This document shows positions 9,159 through 18,900 of a DNA stretch of 62,764 bases, in pieces. This stretch comes from Elusimicrobiota bacterium (lineage in GTDB: Bacteria; Elusimicrobiota; Elusimicrobia; UBA1565; UBA9628). Both the position numbers and the translations under genes were made by a program. The stretch covers positions 1 to 62,764 of the forward strand of contig JABEUV010000114.1 of assembly GCA_013044195.1 (NCBI GenBank). Direction: 5' to 3'. Numbering within the stretch: position 1 is the stretch's first letter; every line of letters starts with the position of its first letter. The notes under the pieces were generated by a model that saw only the letters and a program-made list of their open reading frames with translations, did no database searches and was not told where the DNA came from.

Positions 9159-10778
9159 TTATGGAAGGCGCGGGGCTCGCTGATTGAGGCCGCCCTGATG
9201 CAGTACGAGGCTTGTGACTCGGCCGGCCGCGTCGCGTTCGAAAGTCAGGCGCGCATCCGTGATCTTGTAAAAAAATTCGTCCTTGGCCGACGCATACACC
9301 GGAGCTTTTCCCTGCCCGGTGGCCTGCACCGACAGCGAGTCGTCTTCCGTCGTGACCGCGAGGACGAAGTTCGCATTCAGCGCATAGCGGCCCGCATACT
9401 CGGTCACGGTTTCCGCGGGCAGGACGACCTCCTTCGGCATCGGGGGAAGTTCGTCGCGCAACGCGCGTTGGTCGCGACCGTTCTGATGCAGAACGAGCGC
9501 GGCGACTTTGCCGGCATGGTCGCGCTCGAACGAAAGCTCCGCCGGCGCGCCGGATATGGCGAACCGATCAAGTCCGATTTGGCGCAGTTCCAGCCGCGGC
9601 TGTGCCGTGGCCTGTTCAAAAAGAACGCCGCTGAACTCTGTAATGGTCAATGTGAAGTCGGGGGTGAGCGCGTAGCGGCCGACGTAGCCGGCGGCGTCTT
9701 TGACCACGCTGGGCGTCCGGTGCGGGGGCTTGCCGTCGAGCAACGCAAAACCGAGTTCGTTCACGCTCGCGCTCTGATTCGTCAGCACCGCAACCGAGGC
9801 GCCGCCGCCGGCTTGCGTGAAGCCGACGAAGCTTCGATAGCCGGCCGTCCCGCCGTCGTGCCAGATGACGGGACGCTTTGGGTCGACGGTGATTAGAAAG
9901 CCGAGTCCGATCGAGCCGCCGATCTCGTCCGCCGCGCGCTGCGGCGTCGTCGCCGCGGCGAACGCGGCGTGCAGCGGCGCGTCCTTGCCGCCGATGGCCG
10001 CCTTGAGGAATTTCGCAAGTTCGCGCGTCGTGCTGCGCAGCGCGCCGCAGGGCGCATAAGCGTCGAACTCCCAGTTCCCCGCGCGCTTGCCGCCGTCGTG
10101 GCCGGGCGCAAGCTCGGGCGCGGGCTTGGTCCCGGTGAGGGCCACGATCGTCGCGTCCATGCCGAGAGGCCGCAGCACGCGTTCGCGCAGCGCGTCGGGA
10201 AAGGTTTGTCCCCACGCATCGGCCAGCGCCTCGCCCAGGAGCGCCGCTCCGAAATTCGAGTAAGCCATCGCCCGTCCGACGGGAGCGCCCGGGCCGTCGC
10301 GCCGCAGCGACTCGATGAGCGCGGCGCGGTCCACCCCGGCGTAGGGATTGCTTGAGAGCGCCGTGCTGAAATCCGACGGCAGACGGGGCAGGCCCGCGCT
10401 GTGCGTCGCAAGCGAGAGCAGGGTGATCTTGTTCAGCGGCGGCGCCGCGGCGTCGCTCTTCGGCAGCAGGTATTTCGCGGCCGGGTCGAAACGCGAGACC
10501 TTGCCGAGCCGCTCGCTCTCGGCGAGCAAGAGGGCGGTGAACACCTTCGTGACCGAGCCGAGTTCGAACTGCGTGTCGGGCGTAATGGGCCGCGCGTCAT
10601 CCTTGGAGAACCTGCCCGCTTGGAAAAAAGAGGCGCCGTCGGCGTCCACCCAGACCACGGCGACGCCGCCGGGCTGTCCTTTCACGAAAACATCGATCCG
10701 CGACTGCGCGTCGACGGGCGGCTTCGCGGTGCAAATCATGGGGAACGCGAGGATCGCAAGAAGCAACGAAAATCTCAT
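9159..10778 (-). CDS. Serine hydrolase (class C beta-lactamase / PBP family) with two C-terminal repeat domains
   Basis: Signal peptide, then an SxxK motif (SVTK). Two similar C-terminal ~75-aa repeats (Y[VA]GRYAL...LVLHQ.G..QRA) look DUF3471-like. Confidence 0.9.
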   Translation of the reverse strand: MRFSLLLAILAFPMICTAKPPVDAQSRIDVFVKGQPGGVAVVWVDADGASFFQAGRFSKDDARPITPDTQFELGSVTKVFTALLLAESERLGKVSRFDPAAKYLLPKSDAAAPPLNKITLLSLATHSAGLPRLPSDFSTALSSNPYAGVDRAALIESLRRDGPGAPVGRAMAYSNFGAALLGEALADAWGQTFPDALRERVLRPLGMDATIVALTGTKPAPELAPGHDGGKRAGNWEFDAYAPCGALRSTTRELAKFLKAAIGGKDAPLHAAFAAATTPQRAADEIGGSIGLGFLITVDPKRPVIWHDGGTAGYRSFVGFTQAGGGASVAVLTNQSASVNELGFALLDGKPPHRTPSVVKDAAGYVGRYALTPDFTLTITEFSGVLFEQATAQPRLELRQIGLDRFAISGAPAELSFERDHAGKVAALVLHQNGRDQRALRDELPPMPKEVVLPAETVTEYAGRYALNANFVLAVTTEDDSLSVQATGQGKAPVYASAKDEFFYKITDARLTFERDAAGRVTSLVLHQGGLNQRAPRLP

Positions 10779-10832
10779 TTCGTTTGCGGGCGAATCAACG
10801 ACGGCGCAAGATCGTGGCCGACCGAGTATTAT

Positions 10833-13202
10833 TTATTGCGCGACGGTATGTCCCGAGTTCCGCGACGCGGTGGACGGGGCCGCCGCGTTCATGGCCGCCA
10901 GGTCGGAGGCGATGCGCAAAGTCTCCTCCAGTACCGCGTCGGGCGCGTCCGGCGCGCGGGCGGGGCCGTCTTCGTCGTCGAGAGGGTCGACGGCGGAGGT
11001 CGCGGCGGCGGCGGAGGCCGCCGCGGTCGAGGAGGCGACGGCGGGCTTCTTGCCGTCGAGCGTGGCGAGCGTGATCTCGTCGAAGGCCAAAGGCTTGACC
11101 TTGGAATCCGCGCGCTCCTTCTTGCGCGCGGCCTCCCGCTCCTCGTCGGCCTTGGCCTGCGCCAGGCGGGTCTTTTCGTTGAGCGACAGGGCCTTGTCCT
11201 TCTTCTGCTTTTCCCAGCGCTCCAGATCCTCCTTGATCCAGCGGAACTCCTTGGAGGCGGCCACGCGCCGCGCCGAGTCCTTTTCCAGGGCCGGCACGCG
11301 TCCGTCGACCGCGCTCGAGCGCGTGTAGTCGGCGGGCTCGATCTCGTCGTAGGGCAGCGCGTGGGGCTGGGCGGATTCGGTCATTTCCGAGACGTCGCCG
11401 CCCGAGGGCAGATGAATGTCGGGGATCACGCCGCGGTTCTGCGTGGAGCCGCCGGAGACGCGGTAGAATTTCTGCACGGTGAGCTTCAGCGCGCCGGGCT
11501 TGATCGACTGGTAGGCGGGCGGCAGGTAGTCGGACAGCTCCAGCACGGACTGCACCGTGCCCTTGCCGAAGGTGGTCTTGTCGCCGACCACCACCCCGCG
11601 GGCGTAGTCCTGCATGGCGGCGGTGAAGATCTCCGCGGCCGACGCGGAGCCGCGCGAGGTCAGCACCACGAGCGGGCCCGGATAGGCGGCGGCGTCCTCG
11701 CTGGCGCGCAGCACGCGGATGGTGCCGCGCGCGTCCTTGACCTGGACGACCGGACCTTCCTTGATGAAGAGGCCGCTCAGCGAGACCGCTTCCGAAAGCG
11801 CGCCGCCGCCGTTGGCGCGCAGGTCGACGACGATCGCGTCGGCGCCGCGCCGGCGCAGTTCCGCCAGCAGGCGCGCGGTGTCGCGCGTGAGGCTCTTGGC
11901 GTCTTCGCCGCCGCGCATGTCCGCGTAAAAAGAAGGCAGGTCCAAAACGCCGATCTTGGCCGGGCGCGAGCCCTTGACCGGCACTGTGTAAAGGCGCGCC
12001 TTGGCTTCTTGATCGGTGAGCTTGATCTCGTCGCGCACCAGGCTGACCGTCGCGCGCGCCGCGGGGTCCAGCGCGTTGGCCGGGAGTATGCGCAGGCGCA
12101 CGATGGTGCCCTTCTCTCCTCGGATCAACGCGACCACGCGGTCAAGCTTCATGCCCACCACTTCCACGAACGGACCGTCGCCCTGGGCCACGGCCTCCAG
12201 GCGGTCGTTGGGCTTTATCTTCTTGCTGGAGTCCGCGGGCCCGCCGGGAACCAAGGACACGATCTTCGCGTAGCCGTCCTCGGAGCGCAGCACCGCGCCG
12301 ATGCCCACCAAGGACAGCTTCATGCTGATGTCGAAATTCTCTTTTTGCGCGGCGGCCAGGTAGTCCGAGTGCGGGTCGTAGACGTGGGCCAGCGCGGACA
12401 GGTAGTCCTGCAGGATGTCGGAGCCGTCGTACTCTTTATAGCTGCGCAGGAGGCGCTCGTAGCGCGTGTCGATGGTCTCCTTGATCGACAGTTCCTTTTC
12501 GGGAGCGGCGGCGGTCGCGCTGCTGACGGCGGGAGCGGCGGCGACCGCGGGGGCGGCGGTCGCGCTGCTGATGGTCGTCACGGCCGGAGTGGAGACCGTT
12601 GTGGTGCTGACGGCCGCAACGCGGGGGGCGGGAGCCTTCGCGGCGGCAGATGCGGCCGCGGCTTTCGCCTCGGCGGCCTTCATGCGCGACATGCGCTCGA
12701 GAAGGACCTCGTGCTTGATGCGCAGGCGCCAGAGGTTCTCCAGATCGGCGTGCGTCGCGGGCCAGGGCGCGTCGTGACGGTCCAGCACCACGCTCTCGTT
12801 CTTGGTGAAGTCGAAGTCGCGGGAGGTCAGGCGCTTGACCAGGGCCACGCGCTCCTCCAGGCGCTTGAGCACCAGGTTGTAGATCTCGTAGGCGGCCTCC
12901 ACGTCGCCGTTCTTGGCCAGACCGCCCAGCGTCGAGCCGTATTTCGCCGTGAGCTCGTCGACGTCGGACTTCTCCAGGATCATGTGGTTGTAGTCGAAGG
13001 AGTCGATGTACATCTTAAGGAACTGCTGGGACGTGGCCTCATCGATCGGGTGGTGGGCGTAGTGCGTCTGCTCCAGCAGGCGCGTGACCAGTTCCGAGAC
13101 CACCGAGCCGCCGTGGTAGCGCTCCACCTCGGCCGCCGCGGGTCCGACGGCGACGACGGCGGCGAGGGCGGCGGCGGCGAAACGTCGCAGAAAATCTCTC
13201 AT
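10833..13202 (-). CDS. prc: Tail-specific (C-terminal processing) protease, S41 family, Prc-like
   Basis: 789 aa with a signal peptide, PDZ region and S41 core (TSRGSASAAEIF...GKGTVQ). A lysine/glutamate-rich C-terminal domain is typical of Prc. There is an Ala/Thr-rich insert. Confidence 0.92.
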   Translation of the reverse strand: MRDFLRRFAAAALAAVVAVGPAAAEVERYHGGSVVSELVTRLLEQTHYAHHPIDEATSQQFLKMYIDSFDYNHMILEKSDVDELTAKYGSTLGGLAKNGDVEAAYEIYNLVLKRLEERVALVKRLTSRDFDFTKNESVVLDRHDAPWPATHADLENLWRLRIKHEVLLERMSRMKAAEAKAAAASAAAKAPAPRVAAVSTTTVSTPAVTTISSATAAPAVAAAPAVSSATAAAPEKELSIKETIDTRYERLLRSYKEYDGSDILQDYLSALAHVYDPHSDYLAAAQKENFDISMKLSLVGIGAVLRSEDGYAKIVSLVPGGPADSSKKIKPNDRLEAVAQGDGPFVEVVGMKLDRVVALIRGEKGTIVRLRILPANALDPAARATVSLVRDEIKLTDQEAKARLYTVPVKGSRPAKIGVLDLPSFYADMRGGEDAKSLTRDTARLLAELRRRGADAIVVDLRANGGGALSEAVSLSGLFIKEGPVVQVKDARGTIRVLRASEDAAAYPGPLVVLTSRGSASAAEIFTAAMQDYARGVVVGDKTTFGKGTVQSVLELSDYLPPAYQSIKPGALKLTVQKFYRVSGGSTQNRGVIPDIHLPSGGDVSEMTESAQPHALPYDEIEPADYTRSSAVDGRVPALEKDSARRVAASKEFRWIKEDLERWEKQKKDKALSLNEKTRLAQAKADEEREAARKKERADSKVKPLAFDEITLATLDGKKPAVASSTAAASAAAATSAVDPLDDEDGPARAPDAPDAVLEETLRIASDLAAMNAAAPSTASRNSGHTVAQ

Positions 13203-15094
13203 GGTGCGCTCCTTGGGGTGCTTCCGGCCGGGGTCCGGACGAACTGGTTAACAAAGTCTACGTCGTTTTGTAGCGTCCAGTCGAGCCGGGACGCGTTGCG
13301 GTCGACGACGGCGAGCAAGGCGGCGGATTCCTCGGGAGAAAATCCGGCCGCTTGAAAGTCCGCGCTCAGCGCCGCCCGCGTCGCCGGTTCGGCAAGGACG
13401 CGGCGCCACTCGCGGATCGCGGGCGCCAAATCCTCGATCCGGTTGGGCGTTCGGCGCGTCAGCCACGGCATTTCCTGCGCGATGCCCTCGTCGGGGATGC
13501 GCGAGGCGACGGGGGAAATCAGGTGCAGGGACTGCTCGAAGTCGATGAGCGCCGGGCGGCGACCGTTTGAGAACAGGACGTTGCCTTGGTTCATGTCGCC
13601 CAGCCCCAAGCCGCGCGCCAGCACGGCCAGCGCCGCGCGTTGGTCCGGCGTCATCGGCGAGTGGGCGTAGGCGCGCTGGCCCGGGTGCAGTTCCATCACC
13701 AGATACGACTGTCCGCCGCGCTTGACGCCGAAGGCCGACGGCGTTTCGAAATAACGGCCGAAGAATCGGCGCACGACGCGGCGCATGGCCAGCTCTCGGC
13801 GCACGATGTCCCACGAAGCGATTTTGACGACGACCGGCGTCCGGCCCGGCGGTTCGACGGCGAAGACCTGCGTGTTGAGCTTGCCGGGATCGTCGGTATG
13901 GAGGAGTCGCCGCGGAGCCTTGACCGTCAGCGGGTCGTAGCCGAGAACGCGCGCGATCTCGGCGGGGGCGACCGCGCGGTCGGTCAACGCCGCGGGTGCG
14001 GGGTCGGGGTCGTAGGCCACGCGCGGCGGCGGAGGCAGGGCGCGGTCGTGCGCGTCCAGCGCCGCGCGCGCTTGCGAAAGGCGCGGCTCGCTCAGCGCGT
14101 CTGCGACGCGCGTCCAGTCCGCGGAGTCTGGACCCAGGCGTCCGCGCACGCCGGCCAGGAATTGTCCGTCGTCGACGCCGGCGGCGCGGGCGGCCGACGT
14201 CAGCATTTGGGCCAGGACGTCGCCGGGCTTCCCTGAAGACAGACCGTCCAACGACAGAAGATCCCAGCGCGAGTGCCAGCGGTTGAAGGCGAGGTTGTCC
14301 GGGGCCAGGTCCGCCGTCGCGCCGCCGCGGATCAGCTTCGCGGCCAGTTCCGCCCAGCCCTGCTTCTGCGAATCGCGAAAGCCGAAGGAGATGGCCTCCG
14401 CGGCGCTTTCCTCGCGCGCGCCCGCGCGGACCAGCACGGAGCCGTCCCGGCTGATCGTCGCGTCTGTTTCCAGCGGCGGCACGGCGGCGTTCAGCGCTTG
14501 AAAAAGCGCGGCCTGGCGCGCGGCGGCGGGTGTGGCGGGACGCAGGGCTGCGGTGTAATCCCCGGTCCGCGTCGTCCAGAGCTCGGCGTCTGCGCGCCGC
14601 CCCAGAGAGCGGTCCAGCACGAAGCGCGCGCCGCCGGCGCGGACGGTCGAGCCGGAGCGCGGCGCGGCGTCCGACGCGCCGCGGGGAAATAAAGCGCGCG
14701 CTTTCTGCCAGAGGCTTGGCCGCGTCGTTGCCTCGGCGTCGAACAGAGCCCGGCCGGGATCGGCCTGCGTCGCTGCGTCGCCGGAGACGGACGGCCGTCC
14801 CGCGGCCGGGTGCGCGGCCTGCGCCGCGGGCGTAGCCGGCGCGGCCGCCGGCTCTTCTTGCGCGGCTGCGGCGGGAAGAGCCGCGGTCGCGGAGGGCACG
14901 GCCGGGGCCAAGAGCGCGGCGGAGGGCGCGGCCGTCGGCGCGGATAGCGACAGCGAAACTGCGGTCGGCGCCGCGTCCTGCGCGGTTGCGGGGGCCGACG
15001 GCGCTTCCTCGGTGACGGAGAGATCGACCGGCCCCGAGTGGGCCGGCGGGCACAGCGCCATAATAAGGAAATAACTCGCGGCGGGCGGCCTCAT
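13199..15094 (-). CDS. Exported protein with two protein-kinase-like regions
   Basis: The track ORF runs to 15241; the ATG at 15094 gives MRPPAASYFLIMALCPPAHS, a signal-like start. Then comes an Ala/Pro-rich stretch. Kinase-like motifs are DLAPDNLAFN in the first half and VVVKIA, LVMELHPG, LGDMNQGNVLF, IDFEQS in the second. The stop overlaps the prc start (ATGA). Confidence 0.7.
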   Translation of the reverse strand: MRPPAASYFLIMALCPPAHSGPVDLSVTEEAPSAPATAQDAAPTAVSLSLSAPTAAPSAALLAPAVPSATAALPAAAAQEEPAAAPATPAAQAAHPAAGRPSVSGDAATQADPGRALFDAEATTRPSLWQKARALFPRGASDAAPRSGSTVRAGGARFVLDRSLGRRADAELWTTRTGDYTAALRPATPAAARQAALFQALNAAVPPLETDATISRDGSVLVRAGAREESAAEAISFGFRDSQKQGWAELAAKLIRGGATADLAPDNLAFNRWHSRWDLLSLDGLSSGKPGDVLAQMLTSAARAAGVDDGQFLAGVRGRLGPDSADWTRVADALSEPRLSQARAALDAHDRALPPPPRVAYDPDPAPAALTDRAVAPAEIARVLGYDPLTVKAPRRLLHTDDPGKLNTQVFAVEPPGRTPVVVKIASWDIVRRELAMRRVVRRFFGRYFETPSAFGVKRGGQSYLVMELHPGQRAYAHSPMTPDQRAALAVLARGLGLGDMNQGNVLFSNGRRPALIDFEQSLHLISPVASRIPDEGIAQEMPWLTRRTPNRIEDLAPAIREWRRVLAEPATRAALSADFQAAGFSPEESAALLAVVDRNASRLDWTLQNDVDFVNQFVRTPAGSTPRSAP

Positions 15095-15245
15095 GCTTGG
15101 AATATAACAGGACGCGGCCGAGCGCGCCAGGGGCAAGTTTCCGGCGTCCTGGGCACAAGAGGCAAATTCGTCTAGGTCCGCAGGACCTGGCGGCGGACGT
15201 CTGGAGAGGGCATACTGTTTCCATGTTGCGCCAGGAGTCATCTCG

Positions 15246-15860
15246 ATGAAGACCTTGAAAGCGGCGGGCTGTTGCGGCGCGGCGTTGGCGCTGATTTTCG
15301 CCGCGACTCCCTGCGTCCAGGCGCAGAGTATGGAGGACGCTCAGGTGTCAGCGGGCGCGATGTTCGACAATACCGGAACACAGACCGCCTCCGTCGGTGA
15401 TTCCGGAGTGCCCGGAGGACCTGGCGGCCAGATTGGGCCCACGGTCCTGACGGTGAATGGTTCTTCGTCCCACATCACGAGCGACGCGCCCGCGCCGCCT
15501 CCTCCCTCCTCGCTGATGAAGAAAGTCGGCTCGATGCCCGGCGTCATCAAGGCCAACTGGAAAACGTTGTCGATGGGAGCGGCGGCCGGAGCCTTACTTG
15601 GAGTCGGCTTCGGCAGCGCCATCCCGATCGCCGGCCCGGTGGTCGGCGGTATTATCGGCGCGGTGATCGGCGCGGGACTCTTCACGGGCATGGGAGGAGA
15701 CGACAAGGGCGCCCGCATGGGCGAGGTGATGACCACCGCCGGAGTCGGGGCCATGATGGGCATGGCCTACGGCAGCGCGTTTCCGATCATCGGAACGGCC
15801 ATCGGCGGCATCGCCGGGGCCATTTTTGGCGGGGTATTGGGTTTCTTGGCCACGAAGTAG
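15246..15860 (+). CDS. Secreted/membrane glycine-zipper protein
   Basis: Signal peptide (..PCVQAQ) and two Gly-zipper segments (GxxxG runs) near the C-terminus. Confidence 0.6.
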   Translation: MKTLKAAGCCGAALALIFAATPCVQAQSMEDAQVSAGAMFDNTGTQTASVGDSGVPGGPGGQIGPTVLTVNGSSSHITSDAPAPPPPSSLMKKVGSMPGVIKANWKTLSMGAAAGALLGVGFGSAIPIAGPVVGGIIGAVIGAGLFTGMGGDDKGARMGEVMTTAGVGAMMGMAYGSAFPIIGTAIGGIAGAIFGGVLGFLATK

Positions 15861-15908
15861 GCGGCCTTCGGTCGGCCTCGACCTCCGCGCCGCCCTTGAG
15901 CGTGACGT

Positions 15909-15977
15909 GAGGGTCAGTCCTTAACTTGTTAAGTTGTTTGCCCGGGAAACAACTTAACAAGTTAAGGACTGACCCTC
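15909..15977. repeat. Perfect 31-bp inverted repeat with 7-nt loop (GAGGGTCAGTCCTTAACTTGTTAAGTTGTTT / gcccggg / reverse complement)
   Basis: Arms 15909-15939 and 15947-15977 pair base for base. It contains nested palindromes (CTTAAC..GTTAAG). It lies between the stop at 15860 and the start at 15988. Confidence 0.9.
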
Positions 15978-15987
15978 TTGTCAGGTC

Positions 15988-18900
15988 TTGACCGCGGCGG
16001 TTTGGTCCTCTTATACTCCCGGCGTGACTCCCGTGGCTGAAGCCGAAGCGGCGGCGCGCGCCGTGCCGCAGGCGCCGGAATTGCGCGCGGCGTTTTCGGA
16101 CGCGCGGTTTTCGGCATTCCTGGCCGCGCAGGCTTTGGGCGCATTTAACGACAATGCGTTTAAGGCCTTCGTTACCTTGCTGGCGATGGTGGAAAATCCC
16201 GCCGGCGCGCCGCGGCTGATCGCGGTGGCGGGCGGACTGTTTATACTGCCCTTTCTTCTTTTTTCGACCGTGGCCGGAGACGCGGCCGATCGCTGGTCGA
16301 AGTCCAGCCTGCTGGTATTCTTCAAGGCCGCGGAAGTCGTGCTCCTGGCGCTGGCCGTGCCCGCGCTGGCGACGGGCAGCATCAAGGCCCTGCTGGCGCT
16401 GATTTTCCTGATGGGCGTGCACTCGGCGTTCTTCAGCCCGCTGAAGCTCGCGATCTTGCCCGAACTCGTGGGCGACGCGGACTTGTCCCAGGCCAACGGC
16501 CTGTTGCAGATGACGGCCTTCCTGGGCATCGTTCTGGGCACGGCCGCGGCGACGGCGCTGGAGCAGCGCCTGCACGCTCATCCCGCCGTCGCGGCCGCAG
16601 CGCTGGTCCTGGTCGCCGTCGTGGGGCTCCTGGCCGCGCTGGTCGTGCCGAAAACGGCGGCTCTGCGTCCGCAGACCCGGCTGAAGCTCGACATCGTCTC
16701 GCGCACTTACGCCAATCTGCGCGACTTGGCGCGACTGCCCAGCCTGAACCTGGCCACGTACGCGACCGCGTTCTTCTGGTTTATCGGCGCGTTGTTTTTG
16801 ATGAACCTGCTTGTCTACGGCTCGCGGCTGATGGGCCTGGACGAAGCCGCGTGCGGACGCCTGCAGGTGGTGCTGTCTCTGGGAATCGGCGCGGGCTCGT
16901 TCGTGGCGGGGCGGCTGTCGAAGGGACAGGTCGAACTGGGGCTGGTCCCGCTGGGCGCGCTGGGCCTGGTCGCGTTCGCCTTCGACCTGGGCTTTGCCTC
17001 CGCCTCGCCGCGGCGCGTGGTGCTGGACTTGATCCTGCTCGGCCTGTCGGGCGGTTTCTTCGCGGTGCCCTTGCAGGCCTTCATTCAGCAGCGCAGCCCG
17101 GCCAAGGAGCGCGGGCGTATATTGGCCATAGGCAACTTTTTGACCTTCGTCGGCATACTGATCGCGTCGGGCGTCTACTGGGCGCTGGATGCGAAGTTCC
17201 ATCTGGACCCGGCGCAGATATTCCTTGTGTCCGCCGCGATGTCGGCCTTCGTGGCCTTCGAACTGTTGGTGCGCCTGCCGGATTTTTTCCTGCGTCTGGT
17301 CGCGTACCCGTTCGCCAACTTCATCTATAAAATTAAGGTCGTCGGCCGCGAAAACGTACCCATCGATGGCCCTGTGCTTCTTGTGGCCAACCACGTCTCC
17401 TTCGTGGACGCGATCCTGATCGCGATGTCCAACCAGCGCCTGGTGCGCTTCATGATGCTGCGCTCCTACTACGAATTGCCGGTCATCGGCCGCTTCTTCA
17501 AGGCCATGGGCTGTATCCCCGTCTCCAGCGGCGACGGTCCCAAGGCCCTGAAAGCGTCCTTCGAGCGCGCCAAGAACTACATGATGTCGGGCGAGGCGGT
17601 GTGCATCTTCGCCGAGGGCGGCATCTCCCGCCATGGCCAGATGCAGCGCTTCTGCAAGGGTTTCGAGCGCCTGGTCGACGGCGTGGAGGTCCCGATCGTG
17701 CCTGTGCATCTGGACCGCGTCTGGGGCAGCCTGTTCAGCTTTTCCGGAGGCAAGCTCCTGCTCAAAAGACCGCAACGCATACCGTATCCGGTGACGGTGA
17801 GCTTCGGCAAGCCCCTGCCGTCGACGTCCGGGGCGTTCGCGGTGCGCCAGGCCATACTGGAGCTCAGCGCGGAAGCCTTCGGCCTTCGTCTGGCCGACTC
17901 CCCGCCCCTGCCCATCGTCTTCGTGCGTCAGGCCAAGCGCCATCCGCTGCGCGGCGGCATCTCGGATTCGACCGGGGTCGTGCTCAACGGCTTGAAGACC
18001 TTGGTCGGCGCACACCTGTTAGGACGGGCGCTGGCGGCGCTGCTCACGGGAGAAGAGCGCGTCGGCGTGCTGATGCCCCCGTCCGTGCCCGGGGCGCTGG
18101 CGAACTTCGGCCTATCTCTGGAGGGAAAAGTCCCGATCAATCTCAACTACACGGCGTCCAAGGACGTCGTCGACGCGTGCCTGGACAAGGCGGGCGTCAA
18201 GACCGTCGTGACCTCGCGCCGTGTGGCCGAAAAACTGGGTTGGGAGCCGCGCGGGCGCAAAATTTATCTGGAGGACGTCGCACCGTCCATCACGGGCGCG
18301 CGCAAGGCGCTGACCGCGGCGGCGTTCCTGCTGACGCCGACCGCGATCTTGGAACGAACGGTCTTCGCGCGGGCGCGCGGCTCATTGGACCGGCCGGCGA
18401 CGATCTTGTTTACCAGCGGCTCGACCGGCGTGCCCAAGGGCGTGGTGCTGACGCATGCCAACGTGCTGTCGAACATACTGGCGGTCGCACAGGTCTACCC
18501 GTTGGGCCTGGACGACTGCATGCTGGGAGTCCTGCCATTTTTCCACGCGTTCGGCTTCACCGCGACCTTGTGGCTGCCGCCGTGCGTGGGGATGAGTGCC
18601 GCGTATCACTTCACGCCGCTCGACGCGCGGGTGATCGGCTCTTTGGTCGAGAAGCGCCGCGCCACCATTCTCATCGGCACGCCGACCTTCCTGCTGACCT
18701 GGATGCGCCGCGTGGAGCCGGCGCAGTTTGCGAGCATGCGCTACGTCATCGCGGGCGCGGAGAAGCTGCGCGACGAGTTGTCGCGCGCCTTTCAGGAGAA
18801 GTACGGGTTGACCCCGCTTGAAGGCTACGGCGCCACGGAGTTGTCGCCCGTGGCCGCCGTCAATATCCCGAACATCGACTGGCCCGGCAATAAACAGGTC

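Noticed and set aside
10401-13355. 984-aa plus-strand ORF antisense to the Prc gene. Similar giants are at 15787-18015(-), 35658-38174(-), 53987-56221(-) and 57045-58571(-).
   Set aside because: Their translations are Arg/Gly/Ala/His-rich low-complexity strings with no motifs. Each lies opposite a gene with an unmistakable family signature (Prc, LplT/Aas, phosphoketolase, MalQ, MFS). These are shadow ORFs expected in stop-poor high-GC DNA.
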